47,799 bases of DNA, from the NCBI GenBank assembly GCA_905331295.1, contig CAJNYD010000075.1:1-47799 (forward strand), read 5' to 3'. The stretch comes from Rotaria socialis (taxonomy: Eukaryota). This document shows positions 24,320-36,949 of this stretch, piece by piece (position 1 is the first letter of the stretch; each line of letters opens with the position of its first letter). A model generated the notes under the pieces. That model worked only from the letters and a program-made list of their open reading frames with translations. It was not told the DNA's origin and searched no databases. The position numbers were made by a program, and so were the translations under genes.

Positions 24320-25685
24320 ATTACGCAACATTTATCTTAACTACTTATACATGTAACTATTTTCTTAGTTAGAATATATATTGAGATTTATGGTCTTCTA
24401 TATTTTTTCCTCATTGTAAATAAATCTAATTCAAAAGTGAATATTTTTCTCATCAATAACAATTTATTAGTGATAACGAGTTCAATATCAAATGGATAAG
24501 TATGTTTAATCTATTTATGCCTTGGTATTATCACATATGTTATCAAAATATCAAAATAATTAATTTACGCATGCGTCTATATTTCTAGTTGATTTGAAAA
24601 AAAAGGAATACGTGTGAGATAAGAAATAGAATTTATTGATATATAACGACCTACAATTGTACAAATGCACCTTGCTTTTCTTCTTTCTATTGCAGATGTG
24701 TCTGATTATCGTTATCTTCTTTTTCTTAAGTCTATAGAAGACGTTTATGAAACGACAAGACATAAGACCACAATGTATAACGCCTACGATTCTGCTTGTC
24801 GAATTATCCATAATACAAGCAGTACGCGGGAAATCGCTATGAGTATTATCTTTTATATACGTGTAGAAGAGATCGCGCGCGAGAGAGAAAGACAGAAGAA
24901 AAAAATAGAGGATAACATCAGAAAGAGACAGAGAAAGAATATATGTATAAATGTATATATATATAAGCCATTTTCCTTCTGATTTTGGTTCGTCGAACGC
25001 AAAGGGAGCAAGGATAGATTTGTGTTTTATCACTGTTTATTTACGGTTACGTGTTTCCACAAAAAGATTCTATTCTGGTAAGTAAGAAAATCAAGCATCA
25101 TTCCGATAAACTGAATACCAAAATTAGAAAAGAATGATGCTACATTGCTTGAAGAGAGAAGAAATATATACGAGCTATTACTAACATATATGTTATACGG
25201 ATATTTTGCATATCTTATCAAATACATTTATATAGAGAAATAATTAATAAAATCTCACTAAATATTTGAAAAAGAAATCAAACGATTAAATATATAATAT
25301 TGAAAAGAAATATTTTCTTTTTTGCCTATTTGTTAAAGAGTTAGCCTTACAGGCAAGGATATGTTGTTATTCCTTGGTGAATTGCGATTTAGCATCTACA
25401 TGTTTCCATAATGAAAATGTCAAGGATTTTGTCCTTGTATTCATTTATTTAAGGTTATGAGATCATCACAGCTATTTCTTAAGCAATACATCTATTGTTT
25501 TTCTTTCTATTAAGTACAATAATTTTGGCTATATTCCAAAATATTAACAATTACGATTAAAATCGACGATAATTTATACTCAGAAAATAAATTTACTCAT
25601 AGCTTTGAGTATGTTACAAGAAAATAATACATCAATAAAATATAAGATTACTAATAACAACAAAAGTACATCAGCAAAAAAAGTC

Positions 25686-27115
25686 ATGGGTCGTAAAAAG
25701 ATTAATATAACGCGGATTAATGATGATCGTACGCGTCAAGTGACATTTACAAAAAGAAAATTTGGTTTAATGAAAAAAGCTTATGAACTATCGGTATTAT
25801 GTGGCTGTGAAATAGCATTAATGATATTTAATAATAACGGTCGTCTATTTCAATATGCATCATCCGATATGGATAAAGTTTTATTAAAATATGCAGAATA
25901 CAATGAACCACATGAATCATGTACTAATACTGATATAGTTGATGTAAGTGTTCTTTTTTATCCTCTTCAATTGTTCTGAATTTCATCGACAAAAATAGAT
26001 CTTAAATAAAAAACATTCAGCTATGAAACCAGCAGCAAGTGGCAGCAGTGAGGATACTGAAATGATGGGAGATAACGATGAAAGTAACGAACCAACATTT
26101 GCTGAAAGTGTTAATAGTGTATGTATTTAACATATTCCTATGGATTCTTCAGTACAATCATTCGTTATCATTCATTTAGTTTCTTGTCACTAGCAATCTC
26201 AACTGTTCATCATCAAATAGCAATAGCCACAATATGACATTCCTTAGTAATAATAATAATAATAATAATTCTAATAATACTACAAGAACAGTTCTACCCG
26301 ATTTTCAATATTTAACATCTCCGTCTGATGAGCAACAATTATCAACAACCATAATAAATCACATTCCCATTTATCCTATTCCGAAATCTATTGATGCTAA
26401 TCAATATGGAAATAACATTACCAATAATGCTAACCTTCACTCAAGTACAACTCATGTAAGTAGGCGGAAAAAAAAGACGATTTACATAAGAATACAGAAC
26501 AGAATGAAAACAAAGAAGATTTTCAGGTAACACAATCTCCACATACACCGATGAATCATTTTGTAGCTCAGCAACCAACAACACATATTGGCCGTATAAT
26601 GACAGGTAAACTAGATGATTTCCATCTAAAGCAAAAACCTTGAAATCTTTCATTTTGTTTCAGTTGGTCCAGATATGAGTGTTTCGTCGATTGATCTCAG
26701 TGCACTTGCTTCACAATTGACGTCAAATTTTTTGGCATCTTTAACGAATGCTGCCGTTGTTACAACTGCTGATAATTCATCATCGGCAATACCTATGAAG
26801 TAAATATATATAAATATCTATGCATATGATTACCTCAGGCAAAAAAGTTTTTTCTCTCAAAATCTTAGTTTAATAAATCGAGATTGTCAACCAACAAGTA
26901 TTGGTCGAGGTCAAACAATTATGCTAACGAATAGTCCGAATACCATTGTACTTACTGGCCAACAACAACAATTGCAACCACAGCCACAATGCCGAAATAT
27001 TATTAAACAAGAACCCATTCTCTACACGACGACAACAGCAACAACAACATCAGCTGCCAGTAGAAACGATTTGTGCTATGAATCGAACATTAAGCAAAAC
27101 CGTTTATGGCAATAA
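25686..27115 (+). CDS. MEF2: MEF2 MADS-box transcription factor, multi-exon; an in-frame upstream ATG exists at 25611
   Basis: [49 protein letters not shown]...[25 protein letters not shown]. Donor follows 25943. Low-complexity C-terminal exons include IKQEP. Downstream exon boundaries are less certain. Confidence 0.92.
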
Positions 27116-27579
27116 TAGACATACATTTCCATCAAAATAAATTCCATCTAGAAAAACAAAAAGCAATTTTTCCAACGCATAATTTCAAAGAGTTCTTCGT
27201 TCTTTTCCGTAAACCATTTCTTACTGCTACCCCTTTATTATTCGTGTAATTCATACGACAATTTATCTTGTATCTATTCCGAATACTATCTATTTTTTTC
27301 TCTTTGTTTGATTTGTGTTTTTATACTATCGTAATCCTTTTCTCTGGAAATAAGTTATGCATCTATTTTAGAAAACTCGATTGTGTTTTTGGTTTTATTT
27401 GAAAAAAAAGCAGAAGAATAGCTACTATCTAGAGAAAAAAATAATAACTATTTTTATCTTCAAGGGCAAACAAAACATCAGAAAAAAATTTATAATTTAA
27501 AATCTCATATTCGAAATGTTTACGTGTAGAGATAGATCTAAGTTGCTGTCAATAGCTACAAAATTTATTAGTGTATATA

Positions 27580-28420
27580 TAGTAAAACCTCTTTACATGG
27601 GCACCCCTATAACACGGGGCACCTCACTTGTATGGACACTGGGCGGAACGACCGATCAATTTTTGCTGAGTATGAGTCTCTCTAACAAGTGCACCTCTAA
27701 CCTCGAATAATGGGCATTGTTTTTTCAGTCCATAGTGCACATTTACCTCTCTCACATGGGCAGATATAGTGAATGTTATAATAAGAGTATAAATACTATT
27801 GCTTTTCTTACATCACATATTGATATCATGTAAAAAATGACGTCGTGCCATTATCTTCCTATTGATAAGAAGATTGAATTGGCCAACGACTACGGTGATG
27901 GACCTGGGCTATCATAACGCGTAAGCTATGTGAGAGATACAAGGTATCGAGGGTGCGGGTGTACTTCTTTTATGAAATCACGCCCTACATCCACACCCCA
28001 CACCCAACCTCCTTCGCTCGTTGATGCACTTGAAATGGTTCGAAAGCTCCATCTACTCGCCAACCGGAACTTCATCAATTCGTCACTAATCTGAAATCAA
28101 AACTTACTGATGCCTACATCGAATCAAAAACTAACCGGCAAAGTTCAATTACAGATTTCTTTCGAAAAGCTTGACTGTAAATATGATGATAGAAAATAAA
28201 GTTAAATAAAAAAACTAATCAAATAAATTATACTACAATATTGGACACTATTCAAGATATAAATACCGATTGTATATATAAGTATCGGTACTGTCTATTA
28301 TGTTGCTTGTGAAAACATTAGTAATCAGTATATATTAAAAATAACTCTATAACGCGGGCACCGTAGGATGGGCGATTTTAAAAAGCCCCGTGGTGCCATC
28401 CAAGGGAGTAATTTATAGAT
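27580..28420 (+). mobile_element. Internally deleted pogo/Tigger transposon, related to the 5734-7157 element
   Basis: TA followed by TIR-like (T)AGTAAAACCTC. The HTH N-terminus remnant (MTSCHYLPIDKKIELANDYGDGPGLS...KLCERYKVS) is joined via a cassette to the C-terminus (QPPSLVDALEMVRKLHLL...ELHQFVTNLKSKLTDAYIESKTNRQSSITDFFRKA*). The right TIR is decayed, so the end is approximate. Confidence 0.85.
27947..28005 (+). repeat. Telomere-like inverted-arm cassette (copy G), at the internal deletion breakpoint of the pogo element
   Basis: tcgagggtgcgggtgt-acttcttttatgaaat-cacgccctacatccacaccccacaccc. Confidence 0.8.
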
Positions 28421-29133
28421 TGCTTGTTTTAGTTACTAATTTGTCTTTTACATCTGATAGTATTAGTATCTGTTGGACGTGTTTATTTTATTATTTAGCT
28501 AAGACAATGTCAACAGAATAAGATGAAGAAACAAAAAAAGAAATTGATAATAGTAAATTTTGAGGATAGCAAAGTGTACTTTTATTAGATAAATCTTTTG
28601 TTAGAAGTCTCATATATGATTCATCAAGAGAAAAAGATAGTATACTATTATATAATCTATAAAACTAAAGCATTTAAACGTATCATAAAACTTTTTAAAA
28701 ATGATTCATTGTTTTTTTGCTATGAAATAGTTCATGAGACGTAGAGACTGTTCTTCGCTGATTCAATTTGTTCAGCATTCTACATTCAACTTGACAATGG
28801 AAACATCAGCATACACTGTATGATATTGTATTTATCAAAAATATCATATCATGATTTGGCACGAAAGAAAAAAGGAAGTATTCGACTAGAGAGAAACAAA
28901 TGAAATTATAAGAGATTCATGCAATATTTGTTTGCTACTGCAAACACCTCGTTTTTTAAGATTTACTTCTCTTATCTTCGGACAACAAAAGCCAAGTGTT
29001 AACAATATAGCATCTCTATTTTCTTTCTTTTTTTTGTTACATTTAGAATATTTTATCTTATCATTTTTCTTATTTTACTTCTCTACAAGGGGATAGATTC
29101 ATATCATTTTCATTTATTCATTTTGAAATAGAA

Positions 29134-31503
29134 ATGATGTTAAACCGAGTTTTATATCTGCTTGCATTATTAATCTCCGGATATTATGCACAAGATACTA
29201 CAACAATTTCAATAGCTGACTGGAATGGTGATCCGCTGATATGTACAGTCAATCCATCAGCCCCGACTACTAGTGATAAACCATTCCCACAATTTCCGAA
29301 ACAAGCAGAATTCACTTTAGAAGCAGTGACAATAAGACATGTAGACAATGCAACATTACCGAGTCAATTAACTTTATTTCAATATCTATATGATTTTGAT
29401 GCAAATAAATTGATTATGATTAGAAATAATAATGGTTTTATTGATGTTGAATACTCTTATTATGAAAATTTGAAGAAATCAGTTTATATTCGTAACGAAT
29501 TCTGTCTTGTTGTTGAGATTGAAAAAGATAATCCCATAGGTATGTTCAAAATATATATAAATAATATTGTAAATCTAATTTCTCTCTCTCTCTCTCTCTC
29601 TCTCTCTGTTATTTTAGATGGTACATCAGCTATTCGATCATCAAATGGTACATGGCATATTCGTCCATTGAATGAATTTCTTCTTTTTTCAAGTAATGAT
29701 CCACGACAAGAACAAATTCGGCCGAGATATTTAGGTGAAAGTGTAGTACGTGGAATTCCAGTTGATCAATGGGAAACTTGTATAATCAATAAAACTAGTC
29801 TTAGAACTATCAAACGTACATGGTCATTTGCTAGAAGAGGTTTTGTAACGCCAGTTGGTCCTGTTGGTGATTTTGCTCATCCAATTCAAGCTCTTATAAA
29901 TGCTTCAATTTTATATCCTAATGGTTCACAATTTCAAGAATTTGATGAAGTATTTGATGTTTATGCATACAGACCTGGCATCGTAGAATCTGCTGAGCAA
30001 TTAGTTCCACCAAAAGGTGTCTTTTGCAATAGTGGCGTCGGTCAACAATTAGTATCTCTTCGAGATGCTGGCATTTCATGGCCCGAACGTTTTACTGTTC
30101 GCGTTGAAGCATCATCATCACGTAGTGCTGATATACAAAAATTTCATTTACGCTATGATCGTGGCCGCGAACGCAATACAAAACGTATTCGTTATGATTA
30201 TTTACCTAGAAATGGCGGTGATTATGTATCTGTTATACATGATTATGGTACAAATTTAACATATAATATTGATCGTCGTGTAGGTACATGTATAATCAAA
30301 CGTGGTGTTGACTTTCCTGATGTTAGTCCAACTCGTGATCCGGTTAGTTTTTTTATTAAACATGAAAATGAATTGATTTCTTCACGCGACCGACTATGGG
30401 AATACAATGGACTTCGAAGTATGAAAAATTTATATTCTAGTAGATTATTATCTTTTTTATTATAAATATAATGTATTTTAGCATGCCGAGGAAATGGAAT
30501 AAAATGCGCAACACTAACGACTGCAATTAATAACTTTCCTCCAATAGTTGAAGTGGATACTGGTATGCCAACTGGTGAAACATGGGATTCAACTAATGCT
30601 GAATATGCTTGGTCAGTACGTTCACCTTATTCACGACCACCACCTGATATGCAAAAAGGTTTTGATTATCCAGTATATTTATTCTTGAGATTTGTTCAAT
30701 CCAGGGATCCAAGTAGTCCACCAGCATTCAATTCACGTACAGAAGATATTGAATATGAATTTTATGAAATGTCATATGAAACAGAAGCATCCGATTTTGA
30801 TACAAGTATTTGCTATCGTTCGCGTGACTTTGAATATTTACATCTTGGTTTTACACTTAAAATTGATACGGCTAATGCTATTGATGGAAATCATTTAGAT
30901 AGGCGTTTTCTTCAAAGAGAAGTTCATGCGACCCTGGCTGATAGAATGGACATAAAGTATTCTCGTATTTCCGATCTTAATGTTTTTCATGAATCTGCTT
31001 CTAATGAAGTTACTGTTTTGTTTACTTTACTTGGTCCAACACCAGAACCTGAGTCACCAACCGGTGTTTCTAATACAGAGACAACAGCTGCAATATCAAG
31101 AGATACTCTTCAAAGTTCAATAAATGGTGGAAAATTTCAATTCTCCATGAAACTGTCTAATGACATGACTACGGATGTTGTATTCACAGGTGTGAGCGGT
31201 TCATTAAAAAGCTCAAAACAAATTATGTCATCCCATGCAGCTGGAAAAAAAAGTTATAATGAATACTATACAAGTGGTGCGCAAGCGGGTGCTGTTATTG
31301 GTGGGATAATTGTTGGATTGCTTATCGGTGTTATTTTAGCAGCTGTATTTCGAATATGGCGTAAAGAACCTATGCCAGATATAAAAGCGCTACCAACTTC
31401 ATTTTCAAATCCTCTACGACCACGAGATATGCCAAATAATCAAAAAATAAGTTTTTATAACAAAAAATCGGCAGCTGAAGAAAAACCTACAACCGATGCT
31501 TGA
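29134..31503 (+). CDS. Uncharacterised type I membrane glycoprotein with two ependymin/LolA-like repeats (inferred). Exons 29134-29539, 29618-30418, 30482-31503
   Basis: Signal peptide MMLNRVLYLLALLISGYYA; repeated motifs PFPQFPKQAEF / WPERFTVRVE, VVRGIPVDQWETC, IHDYGTNLTYNIDRRVGTC, FDTSICY; TM AVIGGIIVGLLIGVILAAVF; short tail containing SFSNPL. Confidence 0.85.
29581..29607. repeat. (TC)n microsatellite in an intron
   Basis: About 13 TC units, seen directly. Confidence 0.95.
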
Positions 31504-34407
31504 GACTATATAGATTTAAAAAAAACTTGAATATGTTTTTATTCCTCTATTTCATCTTCTTCTTTTTAAATAAAATCAAGAACAAACAAATATTGTTGTA
31601 ATAAATAGTAAAACATTATTATTATTACTATTATTGTTTATTCAAACTTTATCGTGAGCAGATATCCAAAGGAACGATGTCTGACTAACACGCGCTCCAC
31701 AACAAAAATATGTAGACTTATAAAAAAATTTCATTTCTTATTTTCCAATAACAGAACAATTTTCAATAGAATATAGCATCCGAAGACGGAAGAACAGTTT
31801 AAATCTTATGCCACTGAAATAAGACTGATCAAAACGGAAAATATTCAAATTTATTTTCTTGTAGTTATTCGTGATGTTTCTAGTTTCTTTTTCTCACTTG
31901 AATTACTATTATTTCGAAATGAGAATTCAAAAAATTTTAAAATGTGAAATAAAAAGAGCATTGCTCTATAATCAAATGTATAACATCATCCATATGGGTT
32001 TGATTTAAGGAAAAAATTTTTATTATTAAATTAACATGGCAAAAACGAAATCTTTTCTACTGATAACATTATAATAGTTATATCTGATTCTTCATTGATA
32101 AATCAATTTTTGTAGAGACTGGAAATGAAATACAAATTATATGATGAATGATTACTTTTGACACTTGTTTTGAATGCACGAACAGAAATTAGAAAGGAAA
32201 AATTCCGAAAATAAAACTTTTAGAAATGTCGAAAATGATCATGTACGGAAGGAGAAATTCTCTCGCCATCACTCTCACTGTTGCATCCGCATTTTCAGTC
32301 TTTGATTTTCTTTTCAACATTTTACCTTTCTATCTGTTCCCATCATACCGTTGTTTTGCTCAACAAAAGTGAATAAGAATCGTGAGCAGTCTATTGGGTT
32401 GTTCATAAGACAGGCAATAAAAGAACGAAGAAAACTATGCAAATCAGATAAAAAGCAGACATATCCATCATCGCTGCTGCGATGACATTCAAAATAGTGT
32501 CTTGATTTTTTAGACTGTGACTGGTTTAAACTAGAACTGTTTCTGTGGCTAATCGATCAGATTAGCTATTTCTTACGGTATAGAATAACTTAAACCTGAT
32601 ATTCTGCAAAAATTCATGAATTTTTGAAATCTCTTCTTAAAATAGCTGCCACCGCGACAAAATCGAAAATACCTCTCCCACACTTCTGTTGCTGTCGCGC
32701 CACAATAGACATCTCTGATGACAGTGACAAACCAAGTATAATTAATAGCGAGACTGGGGCCGCGATCAGAAAAATGTGGACCTGTAATTCCCTAAGAGAC
32801 AGAAACAGTAGTATATGACAGGTTAAACACATGACCGCAAACTGATAAAGCCTTTTTTCAAATATTTTATTGAATACTAATAAAACTACTATATTGATGT
32901 GTCAGGTTCAACTTGCAAATATAAATCCAAAACGATAAAGAGTTAAGTGCATTATTTTTGATTACATAATTTAAAAGATTCGATCAAATTATTGGTATCG
33001 TTACAAAATTGAACAGGTAATAGTGACATTGCTTGTTTACCGTGCTCTAGTTTTCATTTAATATATGTATTATCTATTCCATATCCGATATCGTGAACAA
33101 AAAAGCTCTAGCTTTAGCTATGTAACTTATATACATAAACTAATGCAATAGATATGTGAAAATAGTGTCATTCGACTGAGAGAGAAGTGGAAAAATCAAG
33201 CCATTTATATGAGATTTATGTAACTAAAAGTTGATAAAATTCACTAAATATCCAATTGTTTTTTTCGTGATCGATTAAACCTAAGTTCAAGTTGGTATGT
33301 TAAACACAGTATTCCGATTCATCCGTCTATTTCATAAGATTGTTTTACTATTTGACTAAATCCATGAATGAAATTCTTTTTCTCTTCAAAAACGTGGAAA
33401 ACTATTGAAAAAAGTTCTATATAATGTTATCAGCTAGTTGAGTATAGAATATCTTATACTGTTTCAAAATGCGGCAAAACTCAATTCTTCACTTGAATAT
33501 AGACAATGGAAGTGACGGCCGAGAAAATTACTCATTTAGCTAATAGTTACTTTTGCAAGTAGAAAACCAGTATTTACTGGACCAGTAGACCAGTATAATA
33601 CTGGTACTGGTGCGTCCCTACACCACAGTCATAACATTTTTCCAAGAGACTCTTTGTCATACTATTTATATATATCGAAAAATAATTTCTTGAATGCTAC
33701 CAAACAGTATATTTTTAAGCTATAAATATGAATTTGCATTGTTGATTAATGTTTCGTTATCGTTATGTACTTCAAAATTCGTGCAAAAAGAATCAGTTTT
33801 GCAAACGCTTGTTTATATTTTCTTTATTTTTTGAATTAATAAAGATCATAAACAATGATTAAAGTTTTTTAATAATTGTAATACTTCAATCGTGATTGTA
33901 TCTCCTTCTGTTTTCGATTTGGTTTAGTTTTTTTTTTGATATTCAATTGCCACCCACTGCAATATTTATACCAATATCAAGTATTATCATGCACTCAACG
34001 AAATGGTTCAACATTTGCACGGCTAACTTATTTTGCTAATTCAATTTTTCTTCTTTAAAATAATTCATCACTTCTATGTGAAACAAGTTTTAATTAAACA
34101 TTTCTTTTATTGTTTTGCAGCGCTATCTACAATGTACTGATTCGTTTTTTCGGTAGGCCCAATCGTGTCTTAAACACATATCAATGTTATTCACCAATAC
34201 TTTTAAAATGCCATTATTGAAAAAAAATAGGATTTCATTTGTCTAGTGTCGGACTTTAGGGAAATTTCCCACATAAAGATTCGAAGTATAAAGATTTGCC
34301 GGCAAAAAGTATCTGAACAACGAATAGAATCCAAGAAATAAGCTTTCGAAAACCATTGAGAACAATACTGTTTGATTGCTTTTTTTTAAATATTTTTAGC
34401 CGAAAGT

Positions 34408-36746
34408 ATGAATGAATGTCAAGATAATCGGTAATATTCTCTTAATTTTCATCTTCTTGAACAGTTTGTTGAATTTGTTTTTTCCCTAATTTAGAAAATC
34501 TGATATTTCTTCGCCAACTGAATCCAATGATAGCGGAATAAATATCAATACTCAACGAACAATAGAAGTTAGTGTTCGCAATGATTTCGATATTGTCTAT
34601 GAAAAATTTCATTTTAGACTACGGATGATAGTAATCTTCCATCAGGTTGGGAGCGTTTTGAAGGTAAAATTTTTCATTAAATAAAATTCATATGGAATAA
34701 CGAACATTCTTATTAGACGAAGAGAGTGTATATTATTGGCATAAACGAACTGGTACAGTAACACGTGAACGTCCAGAATTAATTATCGATTCTCCATCAT
34801 CAACACTTTCATCATCGTCATCATCAAATGATGCATGTTTTGAAACGAATTCATTACTATACAAAAGTGAATCACATTCTTCAATTAAAGTAAATAAAAA
34901 ACCAAGTAGAGAAATACAACTCGATATTTTTGTCCTATTTCTGCGAAAAATGCATAGCATGTGACATGCAACGTAAAATTTCAGCTTCTTTGAAGGATTA
35001 AGCTTAGAGCAGAAACTCTATCAAGATTATTTTTCGTCTCATAGATAGAAGTCAAGTAGTGAATTACTTTTCTAAATCAAATTTAACTTTCTAGAGAGAT
35101 GTACGACCATTCCTCAAGTCAAGGTCTCGATGAAACTTATCTATTTTGATAATATTATAATCTTTATGATTTTGAATCGAACGATATCACAAAAAAAAAA
35201 CTTTGTGTTTTAGCATTGTTTTGAACATTTCTAATACTATTGTGCTTTTTCTTGGCTACCTTCTATTGATTATTTGTTGGCATTATTTATTTTAGGCAAC
35301 TGATGAAACTACGCAACAGCATCGCTTTCATGTTCGGTCTCTTGGCTGGACTACCATTGAGGAAGAAGATTTAACGAATGAACGAAGTAGTCGTGCTGTA
35401 AATCGTTGTATTTATGAATCAACACGTGGCATTAACGATGGTATTGGTCGATGGGGCGAAGGAAAGGATCTCTATATGGATATTAACAATACAGATTTAC
35501 TTTTAATCGATCCAACTGAAATGACTATTTTACATAAACAATCGATACCATCGATTCGAGTTTGGGGCGTTGGAAGAGAAAATTCAAGGTTTTTATTTTT
35601 ATTTTATTTTATTAAAGAAATGAAATTCTTTGTTTTTTCAAGAGATTTTGCTTATGTAGCAAAAGATAAAGATCGTTCAGCACACACTTACAAATGCCAT
35701 GTTTTTCGATGTGATAATACTTCAGCGCGAACAATAGCTAATACATTACGTGATATATGTCGAAATCTAATGATTCAACGTGGTTTATTAAGTAAAACAA
35801 CTGAGATTTTAGGTGATGGCGTACCTCAACATATAAGGTGGTTATTGATATGAAAAAGAAAATGTTTACATATGTACTTATTTCTTTTTATAGATCAGAA
35901 TCTTTTACAGAATTGATAATAGCTGATACACCGAGTACTTAAAACCTATTTGCTTCGAATCATGAATTTACTTAAATTTTAATTTCAGTTACATTTCCAA
36001 CACCAATGGAAGAACCAAAAAATAATCTATCATGTACTTATTTGGGTTGTGTTTATGTAGAAAAGCCAGGTGGAATGGATGTTCTACGACCAGCTATCGA
36101 GCAAGTTGCAACAACAGTACCTGAAGATAAATGGCTTCCAGTTTTTGTTGATATATCGCCATCGTCATTAACCATTTCCTATGACAATGTAAGCTATTTT
36201 GAGTTTATGACTTGAAATTGTAGAATGCAAACGAGATGTGCATAAACTTTTTTATTACTACACAGCTGTTATGATTCATTTTAATAGGAGTCCAAGGGAC
36301 AATTACTCGATGTTCGTATTCGTTACTTATCATTTCTTGGCGTTGGACAAGACCCAAGGTAATTTTATTCGAATTTTTTCATATATATTTTTATAGAAAA
36401 AAATTTCTTTCAGCTTTTGCGGTATAATTATTCATTGTGCAGATAATTCATTTAAATGCCACGTATTTCATTGTTTACCTTCGTGCATTCAACTTTGTAA
36501 AAACATCGAAGTTGCTTGCAAAGTAAGCAAATGTTAAGATTTTCTTAAAAATGATTTTTTCCCTTTAGTTACGTTATCAAAAATGTCTCGATGCTCATCC
36601 ACAAGCTGCTCGACAAATCGAAACAACAAAAGTTTGTCATTCACTATAGTCTCATGTTTATCTCTTTACTTTTTTTCCAGAGTTATGGTGCTCAATTAAA
36701 AAGTTTTGTTGAATCATTCTGGCTTGGAAATAAACAAGCTACTTAA
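34408..36746 (+). CDS. APBB: Fe65/APBB-family adaptor (WW + two PTB domains), multi-exon
   Basis: WW: LPSGWERFE|DEESVYYWHKRTGTVTRERP. PTB1: RFHVRSLGW...SSRAVNRCI...GRWGEGKDL...SIRVWGVGREN|RDFAYVAKD...KCHVFRCD. PTB2: FPTPMEEPK...YLGCVYVEKPGGMDVL...RIRYLSFLGVG...FKCHVFHC...ACKLRYQKCLDA. Confidence 0.92.
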
Positions 36747-36949
36747 CTATATGCATTCTTTGTCTTATTTATGCTCGCTATCAGATCTTCGAACTCTTTT
36801 TTATATTCTTTTTGCTGTGTGATTTACCTTTTGGTTAGAATTTAAAATCTTGTTTTTTTTTTGTTTTCCAATTAAACTTATTTAAGAATAATTTATCTAG
36901 ATTACAGTATCAATTTTTCAGAGATCACCAAAATAGATTTTTATGAAAC

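Noticed and set aside
24560..25227. ORFs upstream of MEF2 on both strands
   Set aside because: Low-complexity translations of GA/AT-rich, probably regulatory DNA; no domain similarity.
33560..33620. CCAGTA/TACTGG repeats ending in gcgtcccta (possible hAT MITE end)
   Set aside because: No matching second terminus or TSD found.
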